NCBI GenBank assembly: GCA_963700635.1
Contig: CAVOYH010000003.1
Span: 32,001 to 96,000, forward strand
From: an uncultured Bacteroidota bacterium
GTDB lineage: Bacteria; Bacteroidota; Ignavibacteria; UBA10030; UBA6906
Length of the DNA: 64,000 bases
Direction: 5' to 3'
Shown: piece by piece, positions 42,486 through 52,606 of the stretch
How positions within the stretch are numbered: position 1 is the stretch's first letter
Layout of the letters: the number at the start of each line of letters is the position of its first letter
Translations under genes and position numbers: made by a program
Notes under the pieces: generated by a model
The model's input: only the letters and a program-made list of their open reading frames with translations
The model's database searches: none
What the model was told of the DNA's origin: nothing

Positions 42486-43010
42486 TTGACGGATCAGGAA
42501 ATCATCAGGGGATTTCTGAAGGGGTCCAAACGCGAGTACGCCGAGGTACTCGGTTGGATTAGCGCTGTCGTCCATGCGCGAATATGGGTGAACAGGGTCG
42601 CACCCGAAGACGCCATCGCCGATACCAGACTGAAACTACTCCTGAATTTCCGCCAGAACACCTTCCGGCTTGAGTCTTCGCTGAAGACATATGTCCAACG
42701 TATTACGCTCTACACACTTGTGGACACGATCCGTCGACAGAAGAAGTACGCTCCTCTGGACACTGAAGGTATTCCGGCCGACACCACCAATCCCCACTCC
42801 CAACTGGAGAGTGATGAGCAACTGGCGTTGCTCGAACGTGCCATGGCCATTCTGCCGGATACGTGCCAGGCGTTGTTCCGCATGGTCCTTCAGGAGAAGA
42901 TCCGATACAAGGGTATTGCGTCACAAGAGGGTACAACAGAAGGTGCAATAAAGACACGATTTGCTAGGTGCAAAGCCAGACTTACTGAAATCATGCGTCT
43001 TATAGGATGA
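42486..43010 (+). CDS. ECF (group 4) RNA polymerase sigma factor
   Basis: Region 2 'EDAIADT...FRLESSLKTYVQRITLY'; region 4 'LPDTCQALF...YKGIA...EGAIKTRFARCK'. Confidence 0.88.
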   Translation: MTDQEIIRGFLKGSKREYAEVLGWISAVVHARIWVNRVAPEDAIADTRLKLLLNFRQNTFRLESSLKTYVQRITLYTLVDTIRRQKKYAPLDTEGIPADTTNPHSQLESDEQLALLERAMAILPDTCQALFRMVLQEKIRYKGIASQEGTTEGAIKTRFARCKARLTEIMRLIG

Positions 43011-43038
43011 CACATTCGGAGTGTTCCTACGACTATCC
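43009..43038 (+). promoter_or_regulatory. Putative ECF promoter GACAC-N16-CGACT-ATCC upstream of the anti-sigma gene
   Basis: Overlaps the sigma stop codon; shared motif. Confidence 0.55.
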
Positions 43039-43099
43039 ATGGAGCACACGACGTCCATAGAACCGCACTGAACGAGTCAGAAAAAGCAGCATACCGACA

Positions 43100-43996
43100 A
43101 TGGACACGAAAGATTTAAAGGAGCTCCTCCCGTTTTTTGTTGCCGGGAGCTTAAGTCCCGCCGAACGGGAGCAGGTGGAAGAGGCGCTCAACACATCTGA
43201 GACGCTCCGGAAGGAACTAGGTTTCTGGCGTCAGGCGGAGGCCGTGGTACGTGCCCGGCATGACCTTGAAAAAGCTGGGCATCTTAACGCCCGGGATATC
43301 GTTGATCGTGCAATGGGGGGGGCTTCCAGCGACCGACTTCTTTCTATCGATAACCATTTGCAGTTCTGTTCAATGTGCTCAGAAGAGCTCGCCCTCGTCA
43401 CTCAGAGCGTCAAAACACTTGGAACCGTCAAGTACACGCCATTCAGAATTTTGCCGGGCTGGGCCAAGTCAATTCGAATCGTCTACGCATTTCCGGCTCT
43501 AGTCGTAGTTGTGGCCATGGTACTAATCATCTTCAACAGCACGAACCAGCAACAGCCATCAGCTTCAGCACCGACACATCACCCGATTCCTGTCGCCAAG
43601 AGTCCAGCAGAACCAGCGGCGACGGCCTCATTGTCGTTGACGTATCATCTGGAGGTGCGGTCGACCTCCCACCGTGAAATCCCCACACTGACCCTTGAGA
43701 ACGGGCAGACACACGTAAAGCTGTCTGTCGCCATTCCACACAACGCTGCAGACGGGATTCGGTACAACGTCAGTCTGGCCTCGCACGATGCCAAGCCGCT
43801 GCAAATCCAGGAACTGGTCCGACGGTACGCCTCAGGTGAAGCATATGACTCTCTGCAGTTTGTCGTTTCCCGTAATCTCCTGCCTTTGTCCGGGCAACCC
43901 GTGACCCTTACGATATCGGAGGTGCTTCCACCCGATCTTAGAGGGCTAACCCCGGAGGAGTACTCCTTCGAACTCATGATACGTGTCCTGCATTAA
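43100..43996 (+). CDS. Membrane-anchored anti-sigma factor with tandem zf-HC2-like domains
   Basis: 'ELLPFFVAGSLSPAEREQVEEAL' and 'NHLQFCSMC' (HxxxCxxC); one TM helix; Pro-rich linker; C-terminal extracytoplasmic domain. Confidence 0.8.
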   Translation: MDTKDLKELLPFFVAGSLSPAEREQVEEALNTSETLRKELGFWRQAEAVVRARHDLEKAGHLNARDIVDRAMGGASSDRLLSIDNHLQFCSMCSEELALVTQSVKTLGTVKYTPFRILPGWAKSIRIVYAFPALVVVVAMVLIIFNSTNQQQPSASAPTHHPIPVAKSPAEPAATASLSLTYHLEVRSTSHREIPTLTLENGQTHVKLSVAIPHNAADGIRYNVSLASHDAKPLQIQELVRRYASGEAYDSLQFVVSRNLLPLSGQPVTLTISEVLPPDLRGLTPEEYSFELMIRVLH

Positions 43997-44033
43997 CAAG
44001 ATTGGTCCGCGAGAAGCAAAACCACCACGGCCG

Positions 44034-46028
44034 CTACCTGACGCGAATGGTAAACTCGTTTGCTAGAGCCGGCTTCTTCATGCTCAGCAGTATCCTCCAG
44101 ATCAGCGTGCCCCACGACGACTGCAGTTGCGAGTCGAGGATCTCTATCGGTTCCACCTGAACGGAGAACAGGGCCGGATCATACACAATCTCAGCGGGAG
44201 TCGCAGTCTTCTGATCCGAGAGACTGCCAAGCACCACACGGCCGGGAGTACCGATGAGCGGTTCTGTGCAGGTCATGAGCGTCAGACTGATCCCGTTCGG
44301 GACAGACTTGAGTTCAGAGGCATCCCGGATTATCACCTCTTTGCCGCGATCGAGTGAAAGCGTCCGTTGCCATGACACCACGCCGGCCTCCGGTGGATAT
44401 GCAGGCGCGATATTCATCGATAACGAGGCAGTCCGGTCATTGACTGTATAGTGCACGTCCTTCGCCGCAAACTCCCTTCCATCCTTCTGCGACACACCAT
44501 TGATCGTTGGAAGGTTGTGGAACGCGGACTGCATCGTCCAGATGGAGTAACGGTCTTCACCGAATGTTTTTGCAGTGTATGTTTCAACCCCCACATCGAT
44601 GATAACGGGTTCGCCGTCTTTATAGATGATAAAATTGCCCACGTCGTTGTGGTTGTGGCTTTCATCATTGTGTCCGCCCTGCGCGGCCAGGTAGAGTCCG
44701 GCCGGAGACCCTGCGGCAGATCGTGCAGTCATCACCTGAATTCCGGGAAACCAGGAATCCCGGATGTAGGGTTCAGCCGGTTTCTCTTTTGCCATCGCCT
44801 CCAGCACAAAAAGGCCGGGCAAGGCCCGTCCCAGCACGCCATGTTGCGCGCGCATCAAACCGTCGCCAAGATGTTGCTCGCGTGCGAGATACGCTCCGAA
44901 TTCCATCATAGGCCTGTCACCTATTGCCCTGCCGTACCGGTAGATGGTGGGGGCGTCCGGTTGGAGTTTTGCGCCTGCATCTGCGAAGTTCAAGAACCAC
45001 GGCCCCTGAATGTGCGCACGCGTGATAAACCGGCCGATCTCTTTGATGCGGGGATGGGTGAATCCGTCAAGCCGACCCTGTGTGGCCGAATGCAGGATTT
45101 CGAGGCAGTCAAACAGTGACCCGCCTGCCCGTGTCCAGTACCCCGGACCCTCATCACACCCGCCATCATCGGTGTATTCTGCCAGGAAACGATCCAGACA
45201 TTCCAGAATTTTGTACACAGAACGCGCACGCCGTTCCGGATCCTGCTCAAGAACCAGCACCGTCACAAGCCAGTTCGAACAGATCCAGGGATTCCAGTTA
45301 TTCACCTTCCGGGTAAGACCCATCCAGAAGAAGTCGTTGCGTTCAAGGTTGACCGTGTTGATCCGCCGGTCCACCTCGTATTGGATTCTCTCGCAGACCA
45401 GTGGGGAGACCAGATCAAGCGAGTCCTTGAGCAGGTAGTAGGTCCAGGCGAGCAATGAGCCGGTTTCGGCCACAAAAAGGTCAACCGTGGGTTCCGAAAC
45501 ATCCGGAAGCCCCGGACCTCTTCGCTGCATCATCAGGTGTGCAGGCACTCCCCAGTAGGTTTCTTCGCAGATTGTCCAGATACCATTGACAATATCATCC
45601 CGGAACCTCCCCTTGCCCTCCACACATTCGGCGATCACCAGTGTGGCGAGTTGTGCCCGCCGTCCGTACGAGAGCGCCTGATACTCGCTTCTGTTGCCGG
45701 TCCGGACGAACCCGAGGAAATCGGTTGCCCTTGGGTTTGTCCACTGTGCGTTGAGGAACTTCTCAGCTTCATGGATGTATGCCGATCGAACACCGGGAGG
45801 AAGAGAAGTCCATGCCTCACGTTCAGCGGCTCCCGGGAGGGGGCGCCATTGCGAAAAAGGCAGGACCATCTGGCGAAGCTTTTCGACCGAGAGTGTGCCG
45901 GTCAGGATGCCCGCGCCCGGGTCAGCAGACAGAGTCGTGGCGATAACCGCGAGCAGAACAACGGCCCGGAGCAAGATCCTGGCGGCGTTGTACGAATGGT
46001 GATGGGCATGTCCGTTGGTCAGGGGCAT
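44034..46028 (-). CDS. Heparinase II/III-like family protein (secreted)
   Basis: 'NNWNPWI', 'DGGCDEGPGYW', 'NFADA', 'GGHNDESHNHNDVGNF', 'QSAFHNLP'. Confidence 0.82.
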   Translation of the reverse strand: MPLTNGHAHHHSYNAARILLRAVVLLAVIATTLSADPGAGILTGTLSVEKLRQMVLPFSQWRPLPGAAEREAWTSLPPGVRSAYIHEAEKFLNAQWTNPRATDFLGFVRTGNRSEYQALSYGRRAQLATLVIAECVEGKGRFRDDIVNGIWTICEETYWGVPAHLMMQRRGPGLPDVSEPTVDLFVAETGSLLAWTYYLLKDSLDLVSPLVCERIQYEVDRRINTVNLERNDFFWMGLTRKVNNWNPWICSNWLVTVLVLEQDPERRARSVYKILECLDRFLAEYTDDGGCDEGPGYWTRAGGSLFDCLEILHSATQGRLDGFTHPRIKEIGRFITRAHIQGPWFLNFADAGAKLQPDAPTIYRYGRAIGDRPMMEFGAYLAREQHLGDGLMRAQHGVLGRALPGLFVLEAMAKEKPAEPYIRDSWFPGIQVMTARSAAGSPAGLYLAAQGGHNDESHNHNDVGNFIIYKDGEPVIIDVGVETYTAKTFGEDRYSIWTMQSAFHNLPTINGVSQKDGREFAAKDVHYTVNDRTASLSMNIAPAYPPEAGVVSWQRTLSLDRGKEVIIRDASELKSVPNGISLTLMTCTEPLIGTPGRVVLGSLSDQKTATPAEIVYDPALFSVQVEPIEILDSQLQSSWGTLIWRILLSMKKPALANEFTIRVR

Positions 46029-46267
46029 GGTTTCCTCGAAGCGATATGGACGCTGGTCAAATGTGTAGGCTGGTACAGTGTACAGGCAATATTATCGGAA
46101 AAGAGGACAAATGCCACCGGGGGAATATCATTGAAGGGGGGAGTGCGAACGTGAAGGATCAGCCATGTCATATTTGTTGATTTTGTTCTAGCCCGTCCCT
46201 ATCTTTCAACGGCTTTACGTTTCAGGGCAACTCCACCTCCCCACCCACCTATCCAGAGGAGAATGCC

Positions 46268-48339
46268 ATGCGGTCACTTTCCCCGCATTTGCTCATCGGT
46301 TTTCTGATCTCGCTCACGGCTGCTCCACTTCCCGCCCAATGGCAAGCTACAAACGGTCCATACGGCGGCACGGTCTATGCCCTTACCTCCAACGCACAGT
46401 ACCTCTTCGCCGGAACTCCCGGAACGGGGATGTTCAGATCATCGGACAACGGCGCAAGCTGGACCCAGACAATAACCGGCCTGACTACTGTCGGCACATG
46501 GACCCTTCTGCAGACAGATTCCTTTCTGTTTGCCGGCACGAATTCCGGGGTCTTCAGGACTTCCAACAGTGGCACATCGTGGACTGCAGCGAACGCAGGG
46601 ATCTCTTCGTATCCAACGAACACGCTGATGTCTGCCTACGGCATGATTTACAACGGCACCATGGGCTCGGGGATATTCCGGTCGAGTAACAATGGGATCT
46701 CCTGGACGAAGTCCGACTCGGGACTTACCAACAAAGTTGTAAACTGTTTTGCGCGCTTTGATCCCAAGTTTTTTGTCGGCACGTCCAACGGGCTTTTTGT
46801 TTCAACCGATTCCGGAACCATATGGACACGCGTGACCCCCGGCCCGGGGAGCCAGGAGATACGCGAACTCCTCGCCCAGGGCACGGATATCTTCGCAGGT
46901 ACGTACAGCGGCGTATATCGATCAACCGATGCGGGAGTAACGTGGGACTTCCTGCCGAACGGGTTACCGGCGGACAGGATCAACTCGCTGGCCGTAGGGG
47001 GAACAACATTCTATGCCGGCACCGAGTCGAACGGCCTGTTCAGATCTACGGACCGTGGCAATTCGTGGACCGCAAGCGGAACAAACATTCCGCTTCCCAG
47101 AATCGACGCACTCCACGCAAATTCCAACGGTGTCTTTCTCGGCACGTATGGTTATGGAGTGTTTCGAAGTACGGATGACGGGGTCAACTGGGTTGAATCC
47201 AACAACGGCTTCTCATCCTGTTATTTTTATGCGCTTCTCGAGAGCCCACGGGGGATCCTGGCCGGAAGTGGAAGCAATGGGATTTCGTTGTCAAGCGACG
47301 CGGGAGCTACATGGGTCCACTCTCACACCGGCCTCTCAAACCTGACTATCCTGGCCCTTTACCGGAAAAACTCCACAATCTTTGCGGGGACGGGCAGTGG
47401 TGTGGCCCGCTCCACAGATGAAGGTCTCACGTGGACGGCAGCAGGCACGGAAATCTATCGCCACGTGCGTGCGATCGAATCGATAGGAACGGACCTTTTT
47501 GCCGCCACCCAGGGGGACGGCGTATTCCGCTCGACGGATAACGGCGACCACTGGACTGCCATGAATTCGGGACTTACCAATACTACAGTGTTCGCCCTGA
47601 CAACCCTCGGAACGGATCTGTTTGCCGGAACAAGCGGCAAAGGCGTATTCCGTTCTACCGACGCAGGAGCCTCCTGGACTGCGGCAGACACCCTGCTGGG
47701 AACAGTGAACAAACTGTTGGAGCATAAAGGCATTCTCTATGCCGGCACAACCTCGGGCTTAGGAGTATGTGTGTCAGACGGACAGCGGAAAAACCTGGAT
47801 TCAGAAAAATACGTGGAATTTCTTACCCCTATGTCTATTCGCTTTACGCCACGGGGGAGAACGTGTTGGCGGGAACAACAAATGGCGGGATATTCCGAAC
47901 AACCAATGCGGGAACAAATTGGACAAACGTCGGCACCGGATTGCCGAACCAGACAGTCGGCACCATGCTCGTATCCGGGTCATCGTTCTACGCGGGGATG
48001 TGGTACCAGAATGTCTGGAAACGCCCTGCCAGTGAAGTGGTCCTGGACGTCGACGAGGCAACCTTGACACCAACGGAATTCAGTCTGCTGCAGAACTACC
48101 CGAATCCGTTTAACCCTTCCACGACAATTCCCTTTTCACTCGCAGTGTCAGGGAGGACCGTGCTGAAAGTCTATGACCTGCTCGGACGGGAAGTGGCAAC
48201 GGTGCTGGACCGTGTGCTGGAAGGCGGAGTCTTGCACAGGGTGTCCTTTGATGGATCAGGGTTGTCCTCAGGTGTATATCTGTACCGCCTGCAGGCAGGC
48301 ATTGATTTTCGAACGAAAACTTTTGTGATCCTGAAATAA
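46268..48339 (+). CDS. Secreted Asp-box repeat beta-propeller protein with T9SS CTD, split by two +1 frameshifts
   Basis: GAGGAG RBS; more than 10 repeats of 'FAGT..GVFRSTD.G..W'; breaks near 47777 and 47811; 'LLQNYPNPFNPST'. Confidence 0.82.
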
Positions 48340-48505
48340 TCCTCCCCCGGCTCGACCCGGGTTTCCCTGCGCAGAGCACTGAACCCGGGTACGGCCGGCG
48401 GGCCTTCTCCGGCCGGGTTGTGCCTGAACGTTCCCCGGCGGCAAAACACCGCCGGAATTCCGAACAGACCTCCTTTCCCCTTTCACTACACGAAGACACG
48501 CTGAT

Positions 48506-50446
48506 ATGAAATTCCCTCTGGCCGTCGGTTGTTGGCTCGTTACGATGTTCCCTTCATACGCCCAGCCCGTAACGGTCTTTTCCCCGGACTCAAATCTGGT
48601 ATTCACATTTGTGATCGATACCACGCCGGCTGAACAGAATTGTTTGTTCTATTCCCTGTCGTACAAGAACAGGGACGTGGTACTCCCCTCAAGGCTCGGG
48701 CTGGTCACCGTCGACATTCCGTCCTGGACCAGCGGGTTTTCGCTCGCCGGTCTTGCGCGCCGGTCCCACGATGAGATCTGGACACCGGTGTACGGCGAAA
48801 GAAACAAAGTAAGAGATACCTATAACGAATGTGTCCTCCATCTGATCAGGGACAATGACACGAACAACGTGTTGCAGCTTGTCGTCCGCGTCTATAACGA
48901 AGGTGCGGCGTTTTGCTACAACTTTCCGGAGAATCTCTCTACGTCCATCCTCCATATCAAAGACGAAAGAACCGAATTTACGTTTGAGAACGGAACGATG
49001 GCATACGTCACTCCCTTCGCCCAGGAGTTGTACTATCTCAGGCCATTACACGACTGGAACTACGGTCCTGACTTTCCCCTCCCGCGGTGGTCACCCAGAA
49101 CTCCTGAGTATGAGAGCGAACGGCCGCTGACATTGGTGCTGCCGAATGGTCTGTATGCTGCGATCGGAGAGGCACGCCTGGTAGACTACGCGCGTATGAA
49201 GTTCACACTTTCTACGGAGAAGAAGAACACCATCACAGCCCGGCTGTTCGGACCGGTCACAGAATCTTCCCCCTTGAAAACACCCTGGCGCGTGATCATG
49301 GTAGCAGAAACACCGGGGGCGTTGCTGGAGCAGAACGATCTGTTTCTGAATCTTAATCCGCCCTGTGCGATTCAGAACACCGACTGGATAAAGCCGGGCA
49401 AGGTGCTCAGGGAGATCACACTCTCGACGGCGGGCGCTGAAGCGTGCGTGGACTTCTGCGCGAAGCACAACATTCAATACGTGGAGTTTGATGCTGGCTG
49501 GTATGGCTACGAATACTCCAAAGACTCCGACGCGTCCCGCGTAGATGTTGACCCCCGGAGGAATCCACGGAAGGACCTGGATCTGATGCGGATCATTTCG
49601 TATGCCCGGGACAAAAACGTGGGTGTTTTTCTTTATGTGAACCACCGGGCACTGGAGAAGCAGATGGATGACATCTTCCCGCTCTTTCAACAATGGGGCA
49701 TTGCGGGTGTAAAATTTGGCTTCGTCCATGTGGGCTCACACAAGTGGACGTCCTGGGTCCACGAGGCCGTCCGAAAGGCGGCAAAATACCATCTGATGGT
49801 GGACATCCATGATGAGTACCGCCCTACCGGGGTCAGCAGGACCTGGCCGAATCTGCTCACCCAGGAAGGCGTTTATGGGAATGAATGTATGCCGGAGGCC
49901 GACCACAACACTATTCTGCCCTTCACGCGGTTTCTGGCCGGGGCGGCCGATTACACCATCTGCTACTATCATCAGTCGGGGATAAAAAACGTCAAAGGGA
50001 TCAGAACCACCTCAGCCCATCAGCTGGCGCTGTCGGTGATATTCTACAGCCCGCTGCAGTTTGTATTCTGGTACGACAAGCCATCGGATTACCAGGGTGA
50101 GCCGGAGATGGAGTTCTTTGAGCATCTCCCGACGGTATGGGACACAACGAAGGTGGTGCTCGGTGAGATCGGGAAGTACGCTGCCATCGCACGGCGGAGC
50201 GGAGAGACGTGGTTTGTCGGGGCCATCACCAACAACGACGCACGGCGGCTGTCTGTTCCCCTGACGTTCCTCAACGAAGGAAAGGAGTATGTCGCCTCAC
50301 TGTATACCGATGGCGGGAACGAGATACCGACCCGCACTCAGGTGAACATTGAACGGTTCACGGTTACATCAGCTTCTGTGATCGAGGCCGCTCTGAAGCC
50401 TTCGGGAGGGATGGCCATAGAGATCCGGCCGGCGGAGAGAGAGTAA
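48506..50446 (+). CDS. GH97 glycoside hydrolase
   Basis: 'TPWRVI', 'WIKPGK', 'FDAGWY', 'DIHDEYRPTG.SRTWPN', 'PFTRFLAGAADYT'. Confidence 0.9.
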   Translation: MKFPLAVGCWLVTMFPSYAQPVTVFSPDSNLVFTFVIDTTPAEQNCLFYSLSYKNRDVVLPSRLGLVTVDIPSWTSGFSLAGLARRSHDEIWTPVYGERNKVRDTYNECVLHLIRDNDTNNVLQLVVRVYNEGAAFCYNFPENLSTSILHIKDERTEFTFENGTMAYVTPFAQELYYLRPLHDWNYGPDFPLPRWSPRTPEYESERPLTLVLPNGLYAAIGEARLVDYARMKFTLSTEKKNTITARLFGPVTESSPLKTPWRVIMVAETPGALLEQNDLFLNLNPPCAIQNTDWIKPGKVLREITLSTAGAEACVDFCAKHNIQYVEFDAGWYGYEYSKDSDASRVDVDPRRNPRKDLDLMRIISYARDKNVGVFLYVNHRALEKQMDDIFPLFQQWGIAGVKFGFVHVGSHKWTSWVHEAVRKAAKYHLMVDIHDEYRPTGVSRTWPNLLTQEGVYGNECMPEADHNTILPFTRFLAGAADYTICYYHQSGIKNVKGIRTTSAHQLALSVIFYSPLQFVFWYDKPSDYQGEPEMEFFEHLPTVWDTTKVVLGEIGKYAAIARRSGETWFVGAITNNDARRLSVPLTFLNEGKEYVASLYTDGGNEIPTRTQVNIERFTVTSASVIEAALKPSGGMAIEIRPAERE

Positions 50447-50464
50447 GGCGGACCGGATTTCCCC

Positions 50465-50977
50465 TCACGGGTGTGCATCATTCATCCGGGTGAAATCAAT
50501 CCCGGCAGAATGACATCCGATACATCCAATGCCCTTCGTGGAAGCCGGGGCTTTCGGAATACCCGCGTCATCCGTCTCAGACCACACCCACCCGCCGGCA
50601 GCGGCATTTGAAGCAGCACGGAGTTTGAACATGTAGGCAACGGTCGTTCGTACGGTGCCGGTGTACAGATCCTTGACTATCAGCGATGAGTCGGGGAAGC
50701 TGGCGCCGGACCTCACGCGGCCGGCAGCGTCAAGCTGGGTGGCAGCGCGGGTATTATACCGCACACGCAGGCGTGATTCATGAGCCGAGTTTCCGCCGCT
50801 GAAGAGTGTGTCTGTTGTGTTACCAAAAAACGCCCATCCCGATGCGGGTTTCTGCATGGCAAACAGCTGTGCGTCGGTTACCACCGGCGCCGCCAGCTCC
50901 GTATTCGTTCCACTGTCTTTGCAACCGGCCAGAACAAAGACCAGGCCGATAACAGTTACTATTTTTCCTGCACCCAT
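50465..50977 (-). CDS. Cytochrome P460-family lipoprotein
   Basis: Start MGAGKIV, lipobox 'LAGC'; 'RVRYN', 'FPDSSLIVKD', 'GGWVW', C-terminal CIGCH heme motif. Confidence 0.75.
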   Translation of the reverse strand: MGAGKIVTVIGLVFVLAGCKDSGTNTELAAPVVTDAQLFAMQKPASGWAFFGNTTDTLFSGGNSAHESRLRVRYNTRAATQLDAAGRVRSGASFPDSSLIVKDLYTGTVRTTVAYMFKLRAASNAAAGGWVWSETDDAGIPKAPASTKGIGCIGCHSAGIDFTRMNDAHP

Positions 50978-51151
50978 TTGCACCCTCCGCCTTATCGATG
51001 AGAAGATCTTTCGTTGACGCCGCATCTTCTGGACCGCCCCGGACAAGAGTAAGAACGCCGGCGGCGCAGAATCAGTTTCATAAGAGCTGGGTCTCGTTCT
51101 GCACAGGCACCCGGAGCCCCTTCGTTTCACTTACAAAACCGTGTTTCACCC

Positions 51152-51180
51152 TTGCATCTGCCCCCCTCCTATGGTATCTT
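51152..51180 (+). promoter_or_regulatory. Putative sigma70 promoter TTGCAT-N17-TATCTT for the mtaB-like gene
   Basis: 17-nt spacer with TG extended -10; AGGAG RBS downstream. Confidence 0.45.
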
Positions 51181-51218
51181 TTTATTCCCCCATCACTCAC
51201 AGGAGACGGACACGCCCG

Positions 51219-52592
51219 ATGCGAACACACTACACTGCGCTTACCATTACCGATCCGGACGCCCTGATCTTCGGCACAGCCCCCCACCCTGTTTCATGCG
51301 GATTCGGCCTGCGTATTGGTGCGGGAGAAGTGTATCCGGAACTCAACTTCACCCTCCCGACCATGACCATCGAAGCCTCCACATGGAAGGAAGTCGTGGC
51401 TCATTATCAGGAAGTCGGCGACATGGTCGTAAAGGCCGCAAAAAGACTTCAGCTGCCAGGGCTTGTTATTGAATTCGAGCTCCTGCCGCCCATGACAGAA
51501 ACACCGGCCTGGGGGGCGGAAATAACCCGCGTGCTCCATGGCGCCCTGGAACAGGCACACCAGAAGTACGGACTACCCTGTGCGCTCCGCGTCACCCCGA
51601 CCGACGTAAGGGACAGGCAGCGTCCGCCCCTCCTGCGCTCAGGTGAGGATTGTGATGTGTTGCTGGAATCTTTTGAACAGTGTTCACTTGCCGGCGCTCA
51701 TATCCTCTCTGTCGAATCGGTGGGCGGGAAGGAAGTCCACGATGAGGCGCTTCTGTATGGCGATGTCCGGGGCGCGCTGTTCGCCCTGGGAGTGCTTGCA
51801 CCGCGGGATATGGAATGGCTCTGGAAGAGGATCGTGGAGGTTGCGGAACGGCATAAGGTGATTCCGGGTGCCGATTCCGCATGCGGCTTTGCCAACACGG
51901 CGATGCAGCTCGCAGGTCAGGGTATGCTCCCGGAGGTCCTGGCGGCCGTGATCCGCGCCGCGAGTGTGGTGCGAAGTCTTGTTGCGTATCAGTGTGGCGC
52001 GGTCGGACCGTCCAAAGACTGCGCCTATGAAGGTCCTGTGCTCAAGGCAATCACCGGAACGCCGATCGCGATGGAAGGCAAATCCGCGAGTTGCGCCCAT
52101 TTTAGTCCGGTCGGCAATGTCGCGGCTGCCATGTGTGACCTCTGGAGCAACGAATCGGTTCAGAATGTGCGCCTGCTCTCGGGCTCCGCCCCCGAGGCAT
52201 TTCTCGAATTACTCGCCTACGATTGCCGTCTCTTCAATGAAGCCACCCGGCAGAAAAAGGCGCTGGATTACCGCTCACTCCTGGTCCAGTCCGATATCGG
52301 ATTAAGTCCACAGGCCCTGATTCTCTCCCCGGAATCGACGATCGAAATCGCCCGCGCTATCGTGAGCCAACCTGATCCGTATCATCAGACGGTGGCCGCA
52401 GCCCGCGTCTCGGTTGACATCATTACCCGTGCGACAAAACAAAAAGCGCTCACGCTGGTCCGCCGTGAACAGGAGTGGCTGGACAAGATCAGCGTGGCGC
52501 TGGATGACATGCCGGAGAAAGAGGAATCACTTCTCGCGGAGATGGCCGGGACATACGCGCATCGGTTCAAGCCGTCAAGCTACGGAATGTGA
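51219..52592 (+). CDS. mtaB: Methanol:corrinoid methyltransferase MtaB family protein
   Basis: 'LSVESVGGKEVHD', 'DSACGFANTAM', 'GPSKDCAYEG', 'MEGKSASCAH', 'DLWSNESV'. Confidence 0.85.
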   Translation: MRTHYTALTITDPDALIFGTAPHPVSCGFGLRIGAGEVYPELNFTLPTMTIEASTWKEVVAHYQEVGDMVVKAAKRLQLPGLVIEFELLPPMTETPAWGAEITRVLHGALEQAHQKYGLPCALRVTPTDVRDRQRPPLLRSGEDCDVLLESFEQCSLAGAHILSVESVGGKEVHDEALLYGDVRGALFALGVLAPRDMEWLWKRIVEVAERHKVIPGADSACGFANTAMQLAGQGMLPEVLAAVIRAASVVRSLVAYQCGAVGPSKDCAYEGPVLKAITGTPIAMEGKSASCAHFSPVGNVAAAMCDLWSNESVQNVRLLSGSAPEAFLELLAYDCRLFNEATRQKKALDYRSLLVQSDIGLSPQALILSPESTIEIARAIVSQPDPYHQTVAAARVSVDIITRATKQKALTLVRREQEWLDKISVALDDMPEKEESLLAEMAGTYAHRFKPSSYGM

Positions 52593-52606
52593 GACTCACT
52601 ACACGC

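Noticed and set aside
46400-47950. DNA-level repeats in the beta-propeller gene
   Set aside because: Explained by protein Asp-box blade repeats, not a separate repeat element
50978-51218. Cobalamin riboswitch upstream of mtaB
   Set aside because: No B12-box or conserved core recognised, and the predicted leader is too short
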